From contig NC_092675.1 of NCBI RefSeq assembly GCF_964355755.1, positions 11,961,812 to 12,025,811 of the forward strand: a stretch of DNA of 64,000 bases. The letters run 5' to 3'. A program made the translations under genes and the position numbers. Below are positions 1 to 10,815 of this stretch, piece by piece. Under the pieces are notes generated by a model that saw only the letters and a program-made list of their open reading frames with translations, was not told the origin of the DNA and did not search any database. The stretch's first letter is position 1, and each line of letters opens with the position of its first letter. This stretch comes from Antedon mediterranea. Lineage: Eukaryota; Animalia; Echinodermata.

Positions 1-1
1 T

Positions 2-3000
2 GGACAGAATGGAATACATGGTCCAGTCGTATGTGTACCATCGAATACTATTGAAACCGTAAAAATGCTGCCTAGACCAGAAGCTGATGATCAATTAATA
101 TCCGTAAAATTGAAGCGAAAGTTGTCTTACAAAAGCTATTATAAATACAAATTTGTTAACACAGCTAATGTTATTCAAGCTCTTGAATATTTACAAGATC
201 ATAACAAATGGTACTTTGATGTAGCTATTAATGAAGAATGGCACAATTATTTATCTAAAGAAACTATCGGCAGTGGAGATAATAATAATAATCAAACATG
301 TATAGAAAACAACGAAGAAGAAGTAGAAGATCGATTGAGTGGTGCTGTTTTTGACACAAGTCTTCAACCTGTTGACAGGCGACAAAATTTGGTTGATGAA
401 TATTTTCGTGATATAATTTGTTGTGCGCCTTGTGAAAACAATAGCCCTGTTGCATTGTTAAAGAATGAAAGTAATGAAGCAAAATCATTTCCAGTGTTAT
501 TTCCAACAGGTCAACCAACATTCCATGACACCAGAGATGTTAAAATAACACTTGGACGTTACTTCCACAACAGATTAATGCATGTAGATAACAGATTCGC
601 AAAAAATGCTGAATTCATATTTTATGCTCAATCTTTATATGAACTTCAACAAATTTTATCAAGTATTTCCATTGCATTGCGAAAGGGATCAAGTAAAAAA
701 GATGATTTTAGCAAAGTAACTATTGCAGATTTAAAAAATGTTAACAAAATTGAGGAAATTTTAAAATCTGACAAGGGTTATAAATTTTTAAAACAAATAC
801 GTGGGACTCCACCATACTGGCAAGCAACGCAGAAGGACGTAATGGCAATGGTTAGACAGATTGGCAAACCAACATTTTTTCTTTCATTCTCAAGTGCTGA
901 CTTTCGTTGGAAAGAAATAGTGACCACATTATTAAGTCAAACAGGAGACAAAAGAAACATTGATGAATTAGAATGGGCAGATAAATGTAATTTGTTGAAG
1001 TCGAATCCAGTAACTGTTGCGAGAATGTTTGACAAACGCTTTCACACTTTTTTGAAAAATGTAATTTTGTCTGAATCACAACCTATTGGTAAAGTTGTAG
1101 ATTATTTTTACCGAATTGAATTTCAAATGAGAGGAAGTCCCCATGTTCATATGTTAGTTTGGGTTGAAAATGCTCCTGTTTTTTGTTCAGATGAAGATAA
1201 GGAAGTAATTAATTTTGTTGATAAATATATTTCTTGTTCTGTTCCATGTCAAACTGTAGATCCTGAATTGAATGAAATTGTTACCAGTGTGCAGATTCAC
1301 AGTAAAAGACATTCTAAATCGTGTAAGAAGAAAGGAACAATTTGTAGATTTAACTTTCCAAGACAACCTTCTCAAAAAACATTTGTTATGAGACCTACTG
1401 TGAGTGAAAGTAATGATGATACTAAACAAGCAAAAGACTTATTAACCTCAGTAAAAGAGGCTGTGACTAATGAAGAACCATATGAAAATGCTAAAGAACT
1501 TTTCAAAAGTTTAGGTATTACACAAAGTGCATTTGAGAAGGCAAATAATTGTATAGCTACTGAAGAAAAGATTGTTATGAAGAGAAACCCTCAAGACGCA
1601 TGGGTAAATCAGTATAATCCTTCCTTATTAAGAGCATGGAATGCTAATATGGATATTCAGTATATAACAAATGTATATGCATGTATTACTTACGTTGTGC
1701 AATATTTGTCAAAATCTGAACGGGAAATGGGCTTACTTTTATCTCATACAGCATCAGAAGTGAAAGAAGGAAATGAAGATGCTAGACAAAGTTTACGAAA
1801 AATTGGTAATGTGTACATGAATAATCGAGAAGTTTCTGCCCAAGAAAGTGTTTATCGTGTCTGTGGTTTGAGATTAAAAGAATGTTCAAGGAAAGTGGAA
1901 TATATTCCAGTAGGACCTAATCCTGTTAGAATGAGTTTACCACTAAGTGTAATTAAAAACAAAGCAGATGATAACGATTGTGCCTGGTTGCCAAATAAGC
2001 TTGATAAATATAAAGCTCGACCTAATAGTTTTGAATTTAATAAAATGTGCCTTGCAACATTTTGTTCTAATTATAGAATATTAAGTACATCAGAAATGAA
2101 AGGGAAAAAAAAGAATGTATTTAAATTAAAAAAGCAATTTGGATTCATACAAAAAAGAACGAAAACTAGCAATGCTATAGTCCGATACCCTCGGTTTCAT
2201 ATGGATAGAGATCCTGACAAATATTATCTAAGTATATTGCAGTTATTTTTACCGTTTCGAAATGATGAACAGTTAAAACCACCAAATTTTCAAACATATG
2301 AACGATTTTATGAGGATGGATCTGTTAAATTATGTGGTAGTCGTAAATTGCAAAGAGTAAAGTCCATAGTTCAAGGAAACATGAAGCAGTATGAAAAAAG
2401 TGCTGATGATGTTGAAGACGCAACGGAGTTTTTAGCCAAATTTGGACCACAAGAAGATGCATGGAGTCTTTTATGTCCAGAAACTGAAAAAGAAAGGTTA
2501 GACAATCCAAAGCCAAATGTAGACATTGATGATGAAGAAAACGAATTTATCATTCCAGATTTTGGACTTAAAAAAAATCATACATCTAAAGTAGAGTCTA
2601 ATTCATCTTGTATTTCAAGACCAGAATTAAACAAAATGATTCGATCTTTAAATGAAAAACAACAACATATATTTTATAAAACAAGACAATGGTGCTTAGA
2701 CAAAGTTAATGGTAAACGACCTGAACCATTTTACACTTTCATAACTGGAGGCGCAGGTACTGGGAAAAGTCATTTGGTAAATTGTATTTTTAATGAAGCA
2801 ACACGCATTCTTGGCAAAATTATGGAGAACCCTGATGATTTGTCAATATTAAAATTAGCTCCTACAGGGATTGCAGCATATAATATTAAAGGTCAAACAA
2901 TACATAGCGCTTTGTCTATCCCGATTAGTATCTCATTTCCATATCAACCACTTGGAGAAGAAAAGATAAGTGCACTTCGTAATCAGTTGAGTCAGTTGCA

Positions 3001-4561
3001 GATTGTTATTATAGATGAAATATCAATGGTAAATCAAAGGTTACTTTGGTATGTCCATGGAAGATTAAGGCAAATAAAGCAAGTACGCAATGATAGTCCA
3101 TTTGGTAATATTTCAGTAATTGCAGTTGGTGATTTTTATCAGTTGCCTCCTGTGATGGGTACTTCTTTATATAAAGATACATTTGAAAGCTCATTGTGGA
3201 TAGATAACTTTAAACTAGTACAGTTAGATCAAATCATGAGACAAAAAGAAGATAAAGAATTTGCTCTATTGTTAAACAAACTGCGCACAAAGGAAAGAAA
3301 TGAATGTTTGTCTGATAAAGATTTATTAGTTTTAAAATCACGTGAAACAGGTAAAGAATGTGAAGATGCTGTTCATATTTACCCGTGTAACAAGCAAGTG
3401 GATGAATGGAATAAGAAAATGTTGCATAAGACATGTACATATATTGTATGCATTGAAGCAGAGGATGTTGTAGTTAACAGCAAGAAACAAACAAAAAAAT
3501 GTAACAAGCCTCAAAAATCACGTAAGACTAGTTTATTAAATTATTTGTGGATTGCACTTAATGCCAGAGTGATGTTGATTAAAAATGTAGATGTTAAAAA
3601 AGGATTAACAAATGGATGTATGGGACATGTTGAAGAAATAATTAAGGCCAGTCAAAGCGCTAAACCAGTATCTATTAAAGTAAAATTTGACAATAATGAA
3701 ATTGGTGTTCAGGCAATTGAAATGTTTCAGGAATCTATTGGGAACAAATATAGTCGAAAGCAGTTTCCTCTCAAATTAGCATATGCATGCACAGTTCATA
3801 AAGTGCAAGGAATGACAATGAATAAAGCACTGGTTTCTCTTAAAAATACTTTTGCGCCTGGACAAGCATACGTTGGACTCAGTCGTGTTACATCAATATC
3901 TGGACTTACCATGGAAAATTTTAATCCCAAGCTGATTTATTGTGATCCACACATACAGAAATGCTTATATAAAATGAATTCATACGTACAATATGATAAA
4001 CGAAGTCATGATTTGGATTCTATTTTTTCAATATTGTTACATAACATTCAAGGACTTAAGCAACACTTTGTTGATCTTCAGTGTAATGAGTTGTTTATGA
4101 ATTCCAGTATAATATGTCTGACTGAAACATGGTTGAATAAGGATGACGATTTTTTTGATGTAGATATACAGCCGTATAAATTGTATCATCAATCAAGGTA
4201 TGACTCGTATTCTAATACAAATGATCTGACTTCAAAATTTAAAAATCTGGCTCATGGTGGTGTTGCTGTGTATTCCAAGAACACGTTTTCAAGCAGATTA
4301 AACATATGCATCAATGATATAGAGGCAATTTCATTTTTAATAACAAGTCCAATTTCAGTTGTCGTGTCAGTAATTTATCGACCTCCAAGTTATGATATCA
4401 AACAATTCTGTCAGCATTTGAGCAAATTATTGGAAGAGATACATAAAGTATGTACTAAATGTATTATAATGGGTGATTTCAATGAAAATATTTTCAAACA
4501 ATCTTCCAAAGTGAATACATTAATGGTAGAGAATGGGTACCAACAACATGTCACAAGTTAA
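2..4561 (+). CDS. Helentron/Helitron2 RepHel transposase: HUH Y2 Rep + PIF1-family SF1B helicase + C-terminal APE/EEP endonuclease (5'-partial)
   Basis: Frame is open from base 2 (GQNGIHGPVVCVPSNTIETVK precedes the ORF-track Met at 65), so the true start is upstream of the window. Rep: YFYRIEFQMRGSPHVHMLVW (HUH) and YVVQYLSK (Y-x3-Y). PIF1: GGAGTGKS, IIDEISMV, GDFYQLPPV, QFPLKLAYACTVHKVQGMT, GQAYVGLSRV. EEP: HNIQG, CLTETWL, GGVAVY, IYRPP, MGDFN. An endonuclease fused after the helicase is the established hallmark of Helentrons. Confidence 0.95.
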   Translation, partial: GQNGIHGPVVCVPSNTIETVKMLPRPEADDQLISVKLKRKLSYKSYYKYKFVNTANVIQALEYLQDHNKWYFDVAINEEWHNYLSKETIGSGDNNNNQTCIENNEEEVEDRLSGAVFDTSLQPVDRRQNLVDEYFRDIICCAPCENNSPVALLKNESNEAKSFPVLFPTGQPTFHDTRDVKITLGRYFHNRLMHVDNRFAKNAEFIFYAQSLYELQQILSSISIALRKGSSKKDDFSKVTIADLKNVNKIEEILKSDKGYKFLKQIRGTPPYWQATQKDVMAMVRQIGKPTFFLSFSSADFRWKEIVTTLLSQTGDKRNIDELEWADKCNLLKSNPVTVARMFDKRFHTFLKNVILSESQPIGKVVDYFYRIEFQMRGSPHVHMLVWVENAPVFCSDEDKEVINFVDKYISCSVPCQTVDPELNEIVTSVQIHSKRHSKSCKKKGTICRFNFPRQPSQKTFVMRPTVSESNDDTKQAKDLLTSVKEAVTNEEPYENAKELFKSLGITQSAFEKANNCIATEEKIVMKRNPQDAWVNQYNPSLLRAWNANMDIQYITNVYACITYVVQYLSKSEREMGLLLSHTASEVKEGNEDARQSLRKIGNVYMNNREVSAQESVYRVCGLRLKECSRKVEYIPVGPNPVRMSLPLSVIKNKADDNDCAWLPNKLDKYKARPNSFEFNKMCLATFCSNYRILSTSEMKGKKKNVFKLKKQFGFIQKRTKTSNAIVRYPRFHMDRDPDKYYLSILQLFLPFRNDEQLKPPNFQTYERFYEDGSVKLCGSRKLQRVKSIVQGNMKQYEKSADDVEDATEFLAKFGPQEDAWSLLCPETEKERLDNPKPNVDIDDEENEFIIPDFGLKKNHTSKVESNSSCISRPELNKMIRSLNEKQQHIFYKTRQWCLDKVNGKRPEPFYTFITGGAGTGKSHLVNCIFNEATRILGKIMENPDDLSILKLAPTGIAAYNIKGQTIHSALSIPISISFPYQPLGEEKISALRNQLSQLQIVIIDEISMVNQRLLWYVHGRLRQIKQVRNDSPFGNISVIAVGDFYQLPPVMGTSLYKDTFESSLWIDNFKLVQLDQIMRQKEDKEFALLLNKLRTKERNECLSDKDLLVLKSRETGKECEDAVHIYPCNKQVDEWNKKMLHKTCTYIVCIEAEDVVVNSKKQTKKCNKPQKSRKTSLLNYLWIALNARVMLIKNVDVKKGLTNGCMGHVEEIIKASQSAKPVSIKVKFDNNEIGVQAIEMFQESIGNKYSRKQFPLKLAYACTVHKVQGMTMNKALVSLKNTFAPGQAYVGLSRVTSISGLTMENFNPKLIYCDPHIQKCLYKMNSYVQYDKRSHDLDSIFSILLHNIQGLKQHFVDLQCNELFMNSSIICLTETWLNKDDDFFDVDIQPYKLYHQSRYDSYSNTNDLTSKFKNLAHGGVAVYSKNTFSSRLNICINDIEAISFLITSPISVVVSVIYRPPSYDIKQFCQHLSKLLEEIHKVCTKCIIMGDFNENIFKQSSKVNTLMVENGYQQHVTS

Positions 4562-4674
4562 CAGAAAATAATATATTGATTGATCATGTCTATACCAAAG
4601 GTCTTGATTCGGTACAGGCTGAAGTAATTCCAATTTATTATAGCTATCATGAAGCCATTCAAATTAAATTTTAA
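4561..4674 (+). pseudogene. Frameshifted C-terminal tail of the Helentron endonuclease domain
   Basis: The -1 frame overlapping the TAA at 4559-4561 reads TENNILIDHVYTKGLDSVQAEVIPIYYSYHEAIQIKF*, containing the EEP IDH and S-[D/Y]-H motifs that normally follow QHV..PT. Confidence 0.88.
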
Positions 4675-5490
4675 TTGCAATATTTTAAATTATTCAGCTT
4701 ATATTTATTGTTGTTATATTAGAATATTATATTATATTACGTTTATTAAACGAAGGAAAAAAAACAAGACAAAATGGAATATATACTGTTTTGTCACTAC
4801 ATGTGCAATCTTGGTAAAGATAAACTGAAAAATGTATTAATGGAAAGTGAAACTAAAAAAAGCATGTTTTATAAAAGAACTTCAAAGTCGAACTTGAGTA
4901 AAAGAGTAAAAAACATAATACGAACTTAAAATACAACTGAAAAAAATTGCCAAAAGAGAATAATGACATACTTAAATGTAGTATGTCTCTCTGTGAATGA
5001 GAGGCAGGGAACTCTAACCCGATGTCATTATTTCGTACTGGAGAAACAATACCAGGTGAGTAAAATACATTTCTATCTTTATTTACGAATCATGGGCCTA
5101 TAATATTATCTCTCATCTCTTATAGTATGAATATTGTTCTGTACTTTGAATATTAATTAGAGTTTTTTCCCTTTTAGGTGTTTTTATCGCTTCAAGCAAA
5201 ATGGTATCCGACTTTTAAGACATCTATTAATGCAGTCATTCGCTTTTTTACACGCTGTAAATGATATAAGATTAATATAGGCCTATCGTAATGCAGTTGA
5301 TTAGAGATTTAATTTCAGATAATTTACAATTGAGAATCGTGTACTTATGTGTCTAATAAATCCATGATGACTAAGCTCACAGTGTATATCAACAGTACAA
5401 ATATAATTATAAACTATAATATTGCTTCAATTATACTACTATACATTTACATTATTGTACGTAAAAAGTGAAGTGACCTTTTTAAAAAAA

Positions 5491-5508
5491 TATATATATA
5501 TATATATA
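5491..5508. repeat. (TA)n microsatellite
   Basis: tatatatatatatatata. Confidence 0.9.
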
Positions 5509-5604
5509 TTGTATCTAATCATATCTCATTGTTTTTTGTCAGTACTTCCTTTGTTAGATAAAACACAGAGCAAAAAAGTGTTTATTCTTGTTTGGAAAAC
5601 AAAA

Positions 5605-7712
5605 TAATATAACTCGTATTATTTACCGATTATAGAGAATTGGCAAGCGCGCAATTTTTTAATCCTAATTTTACATTCAAAGACTTTCAACATTAACAAG
5701 TCAGTGCTGAATGGTAACTATTTTTTGTCATAGTATAATACATAGAGTGCAGCATAGCTAAACTTGGGACCAACATGTATTCTATAAAAATACTGCAAAC
5801 TGTATGATACAAAATAGACACAATTCATCACTGTAAATCAATGAAAGAAAGAAGTAGATTTGAACCCGTCACTTTGACGAGTTACTTATCCGCACGACAA
5901 ACGCCACGTGCACGCCATGCGTTGGAATATTACACACAGAAAAAGATTATGGCATTATATATTATATACAATATGCACAGTATAATCTGTATATATACAT
6001 ATTACATACAGGTGTAGAATAGGTGAAATTACGGGACCCGCCATTTTTTCCTATTTTTAACATGGTGACAGTATCGAAATGAAAAACTAAGATAGCAATT
6101 TCGGAACGAAATTATCTCAGCAACAACATATTAACGTATAGAAGAAATTTGAATATGTAAAATATAGATGCGCACTCTTTTAAATGTGATGAACTATGAC
6201 GCAAAATATGAAAATACGACTTTTTTTATTCAACTGGACATATGATGACGTCACAACATCTGATTGGCAAAATGTTCACATGACTTCGTATCTACAATCC
6301 AGTAACTTCCAGAAAACGTTGTAATCATGATTATCACTTTTTATTCGGACGAGCTATAACAGAGTAAAATTTACTGTAAAGATGAAAATAAGTGACCCAC
6401 GTTATTTACATTTTTATACATGATGACGTCATAACAATTAAAATCTTTTTAACTCATGCGAAAGATAGTTGATTGACGTAGACAATAATAAAATCTCGGG
6501 GGAAATGGAATTCGTATGAGCGAGATGCGCTTTGTTGAATGTGATGAGCAATAACGAAATAGACAAAAATCCTATATTTTACATGCGTGTGGCCATACGA
6601 TGACGTCATAACATCCGAGAGGTAAAAATTCTAATATAACTCGTATTATTTACCGATTATAGAGCATTAGCAAGCGCGCGATTTTTTATTCCTAATTTTA
6701 AATTCAAAGACTTTCAACATTAACAAATTCAGTGCTGAATTGTAACTATTTTTTTGTTATAGTATAATACATAGAGTGCAGTATAGCTAAACTTGGGACC
6801 AACATGTATTCTATAAAAATACTGCAAACTGTATGATACAAAATAGATACAATTCATCACTGTAAAGCAATGAAAGAAAGAAGTAGATTTGAACCCGTCA
6901 CTTTGACGAGTTACTTATCCGCACGACAAACGCCTCGTGGACGTGATGTGTTGGAATATTGCACACAGAAAAAGATTATGGCATTATGACCTGAACTGAA
7001 GAATATGATATGCTGTTAGTGCTGAATTCTGTCAATTTTGTGTCATATAGTATATACAGTGCAAACGGTATAATCTGTATACATATTACATACAGTGTAG
7101 AATAGGTCAAATTACGGGAACCGCCATTTTTTCCAATTTTTAACATGGTGACAGTATCAAAATGAAATACTAAGATAGCAATTTCGGAACGAAATTATCT
7201 CAGCAATAACATATTAACGTATAGAAGAAATTTGAATACGTAAAATATAGATGCGCGCTCTTTTAAATGTGATGAACTATGACGCAAATTATGAAAATAC
7301 GACTTTTTTATTCAACTGGACATATGATGACGTCACAACATCTGATTGGTAAAATGTTTATATGATTTCATATCTACAATCCAATAGCTTCCAGAAAACG
7401 TTTTAATCATGATTATCACTTTGTATTCTGACGAGCTATAACAGATTGAAATTTACTGTAAAGATGAAAATAGGTGACCCACGTTATTTACATTTTTATA
7501 CATGATAACGTCATAAAAATTAAAATATTTTTAACTCATGCAAAAGATAGTTGATTGACCTAGAAAATACAAAAATCTCGGAGGAAATTGAATACGTATA
7601 AGCGCGATGCGCTCTATTTAATGTAATGAGCAATAACGAAAGAGTGAAAAATCCTATATTTTACATTCGTATGGCCATACGATGACGTCATAACATCCGA
7701 AGGGTAAAGATT
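5605..7712. repeat. Tandem duplication (~1.03 kb period) at the left edge of the array with degenerate element ends
   Basis: taatataactcgtattatttaccgattatagag occurs at 5605 and 6632. Both copies have gtag in place of ctag and aacccgtc/ttacttatccgc variants. The first copy has a ~55 bp deletion after ggcattat (~5958). Confidence 0.85.
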
Positions 7713-8416
7713 CTGCATGAATTCATATCTACAACATATCTGCTTACATATTGAATTAAAAAAATTGGGGGTCACGGATGATCCTGGGGAGCTATAATAT
7801 ATTCAAAATAGGCATAATTTTGACAATATTTTGTCACTTTTGCTACTAAAACGCACGCAAATGGTCTAAATCAACGTGTTCGTATGACGTCAATTTAATT
7901 TGAAATGATGTCAATCTTTTTTAAAATGACTAAGAAAGGCTGTAAAATCATAATTCAAGAAAAAAACAAATGATTTTCATGCTCCGTGCGCACCTTACGC
8001 GTAAATATTTTCGCGCGCGTGGGAATTTTTGACATGCTCAAAATGTCATGATCAGCGTAGAAAGTTGATTAGAAATTAATTTTGCGCATTTTAAAATTTT
8101 AAATGCGCGTGCGGGCGTAACTTCTTGTGAAACATGTCATTATTAATCCATAGAAAGTTTGCCCTTGATATGACTTAAATTTTCACTAAGTTTCAAAACA
8201 AAATGACATTTGGTTTATAATCTATGACCAATCATTGAAATTCATAAAATCGCGCGTACGTCACGTTGCGCAATTCTGACGTAATTCAAAATATGGAGGT
8301 GCACAACTTCAGGTAAATGTCCATATGATGACAAAGTTATATATATGATATAGTTACAAGCAATAGGGGATATGCTGCGCACAAAAATCCGGGAAAGAAA
8401 GAAGAATAAAGATGAA

Positions 8417-10722
8417 CTAGATTTGAACTCGTCACTACGGACGAGTTAGGTTATCCGCAGTGCAAAAGCCACGTGCACGTCATACGTTAGAATAGTGCGC
8501 GCAAAAAAATAAAACGATTATGGCATTGAAAAATGTTAGTGCGCTCTCTATGTTGCGTCGCGTCTAAGTATATACGGTATAACACTATATACTGTATACG
8601 TACTACATACAGTGCAGAATAGGTGAAAATAAGTGACCAAAGTTATTGACGCATTTGAACATGATGACGTCATCACAATTTTTAAAATGGTGGATCATGC
8701 GAAAGGTAATTGATTGATCTAGACAATATAAAAAAATTGAGTGAAATGGAATAAGGATAAGTAGAGATGCGCTCTATTAAATTGACGAGCTATGACGAAA
8801 GAGAAAAAAATCCTATATTTTATATTCGGGTGGCCATACGATGACGTCACAATGTCTGGTTAGCCATATCAATGCATGATTCGAGAAAAACAACTCATTT
8901 ACTTCCAGAATCTGAAATTTTAAATATTTTCACCTCGGAGTTTAGAATCTATGACTGTTTTAAAAAAGGCATAATTTTGACGAATTTTTGAACTTTTTCT
9001 TCAAAAACGCGCGCAAATTGTTCAATTCTACGTGCTCGTATGACGTGATTTTAAGTCGAAATTGATTGAAAATTGCTAAATGTACTAGAAAAGGCTGAAA
9101 AAAACAAAAATCAAGCAAAAAAAAGATGTTTTTGCGCTACGTGCGCACGCGCGCGTAAAAAATATGCGCACGCGTGAGAATTTTTGAAATGCTCAAAATG
9201 ACCTGAAACGCGTAGAAAGTTGATTAGAAATGAATTTTTCGCAATTTGAAATTTTAAACGCGCGTGCGCGCGTAACTTTATGTCAAACATGCCATTTTTA
9301 ATCCATAGAAAGTTTGCCCTTGATATGACTTAAATGTTCACTAAGTGTCATTACAAAATGACTTTTGCTTTTTAGTCTATGTTAAATACGCGAAATTCAT
9401 AAAATCGCGCGTAGCTTACGCTGCGCGACTCTAAAGTAAAAAAACGAGCTGTCCTGCACTTCTACACATAGAGGTAAATCTTCTGACAAAGTTATACGAT
9501 GTAATGTTGATCAGAATTTGAGATACACGTGACACAAAATTTTGGGAAAGAAAGAAGAATAACATAGAAAAACTAGATTTGAACTCGTCACTACGGACGA
9601 GTTAGGTTATCCGCAGTGCAAAAGCCACGTGCACGTCATACGTTAGAATAGTGCGCGCAAAAAAATAAAACGATTATGGCATTGAAAAATGTTAGTGCGC
9701 TCTCTATGTTGCGTCGCGTCTAAGTATATACGGTATAACACTATATACTGTATACGTACTACATACAGTGCAGAATAGGTGAAAATAAGTGACCAAAGTT
9801 ATTGACGCATTTGAACATGATGACGTCATCACAATTTTTAAAATGGTGGATCATGCGAAAGGTAATTGATTGATCTAGACAATATAAAAAAATTGAGTTA
9901 AATGGAATAAGGATAAGTAGAGATGCGCTCTATTAAATTGACGAGCTATGACGAAAGAGAAAAAAATCCTATATTTTATATTCGGGTGGCCATACGATGA
10001 CGTCACAATGTCTGGTTAGCCATATCAATGCATGATTCGAGAAAAACAACTCATCTACTTCCAGAATCTGAAATTTTAAATATTTTCACCTCGGAGTTTA
10101 GAATCTATGACTGTTTTAAAAAAGGCATAATTTTGACGAATTTTTGAACTTTTTCTTCAAAAACGCGCGCAAATTGTTCAATTCTACGTGCTCGTATGAC
10201 GTGATTTTAAGTCGAAATTGATTGAAAATTGGTAAATGTACTAGAAAAGGCTGAAAAAACAAAAATCAAGCAAAAAAAAGATGTTTTTGCGCTACGTGCG
10301 CACGCGCGCGTAAAAAATATGCGCACGCGTGGGAATTTTTTAAATGCTCAAAATGCCCTGAAACGCGTAGAAAGTTGATTAGAAATGAATTTTTCGCAAT
10401 TTGAAATTTTAAACGCGCGTGCGCGCGTAACTTTATGTCAAACATGCCATTTTTAATCCATAGAAAGTTTGCCCTTGATATGACTTAAATTTTCACCAAG
10501 TGTCATTACAAAATGAATTTTGGTTTTTAGTCTATGTTAAATACGCAAAATTCATAAAATCGCGCATAGCTTACGTTGCGCGACCCTAAAGAAAAAAAAC
10601 GAGCTGTCCTGCACTTCTACAGATAGAGGTAAATCTTCTGACAAAGTTATACAATGTAATGTTGATCAGAATTTGAGATACACGTGACACAAAATTTTGG
10701 GAAAGAAAGAAGAATAACATAG

Positions 10723-10762
<40 letters not shown>

Positions 10763-10806
10763 TCCTGACAATAACAAGGGGTTATCCGCCAAGTGCGGAT
10801 AACCAA
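8417..10806 (-). mobile_element. Two near-identical ~1.15 kb HINE-like units (actacg-loop family); only the second keeps its 5' cap
   Basis: Units start at 8417 and 9573. Cap gatcctgacaataacaaggggttatccgccaagtgcggataacc lies at 10761-10804 after a long A run. Confidence 0.85.
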
Positions 10807-10815
10807 AAAAAAAAA

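Larger units (their letters stand above)
1..5604 (+). mobile_element. Autonomous-type Helentron, partial (termini not identified)
   Basis: RepHel-EN ORF plus AT-rich downstream region up to the start of the array. No convincing 3' hairpin/CTRR end is seen, so the right boundary is uncertain. Confidence 0.7.

Noticed and set aside
264-3440. Short minus-strand ORFs within the RepHel gene
   Set aside because: Antisense shadows of the long ORF with no recognisable motifs.
4983-5006. Hairpin tgtctctc..gagaggca as the 3' end of the autonomous element
   Set aside because: The stem is imperfect, there is no CTRR/CTAG terminus at the expected distance, and there is no matching subTIR.
10722-10760. 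Poly(A) tails suggesting retroposons
   Set aside because: The A runs are internal, lying between body and cap, have no TSDs, and correspond to the T-rich microsatellite region near the 5' end of minus-strand HINE-like elements.
10778-10815. Rho-independent terminators (hairpin plus A/T run)
   Set aside because: The context is a eukaryotic transposon; the hairpins are element termini and no operons are present.
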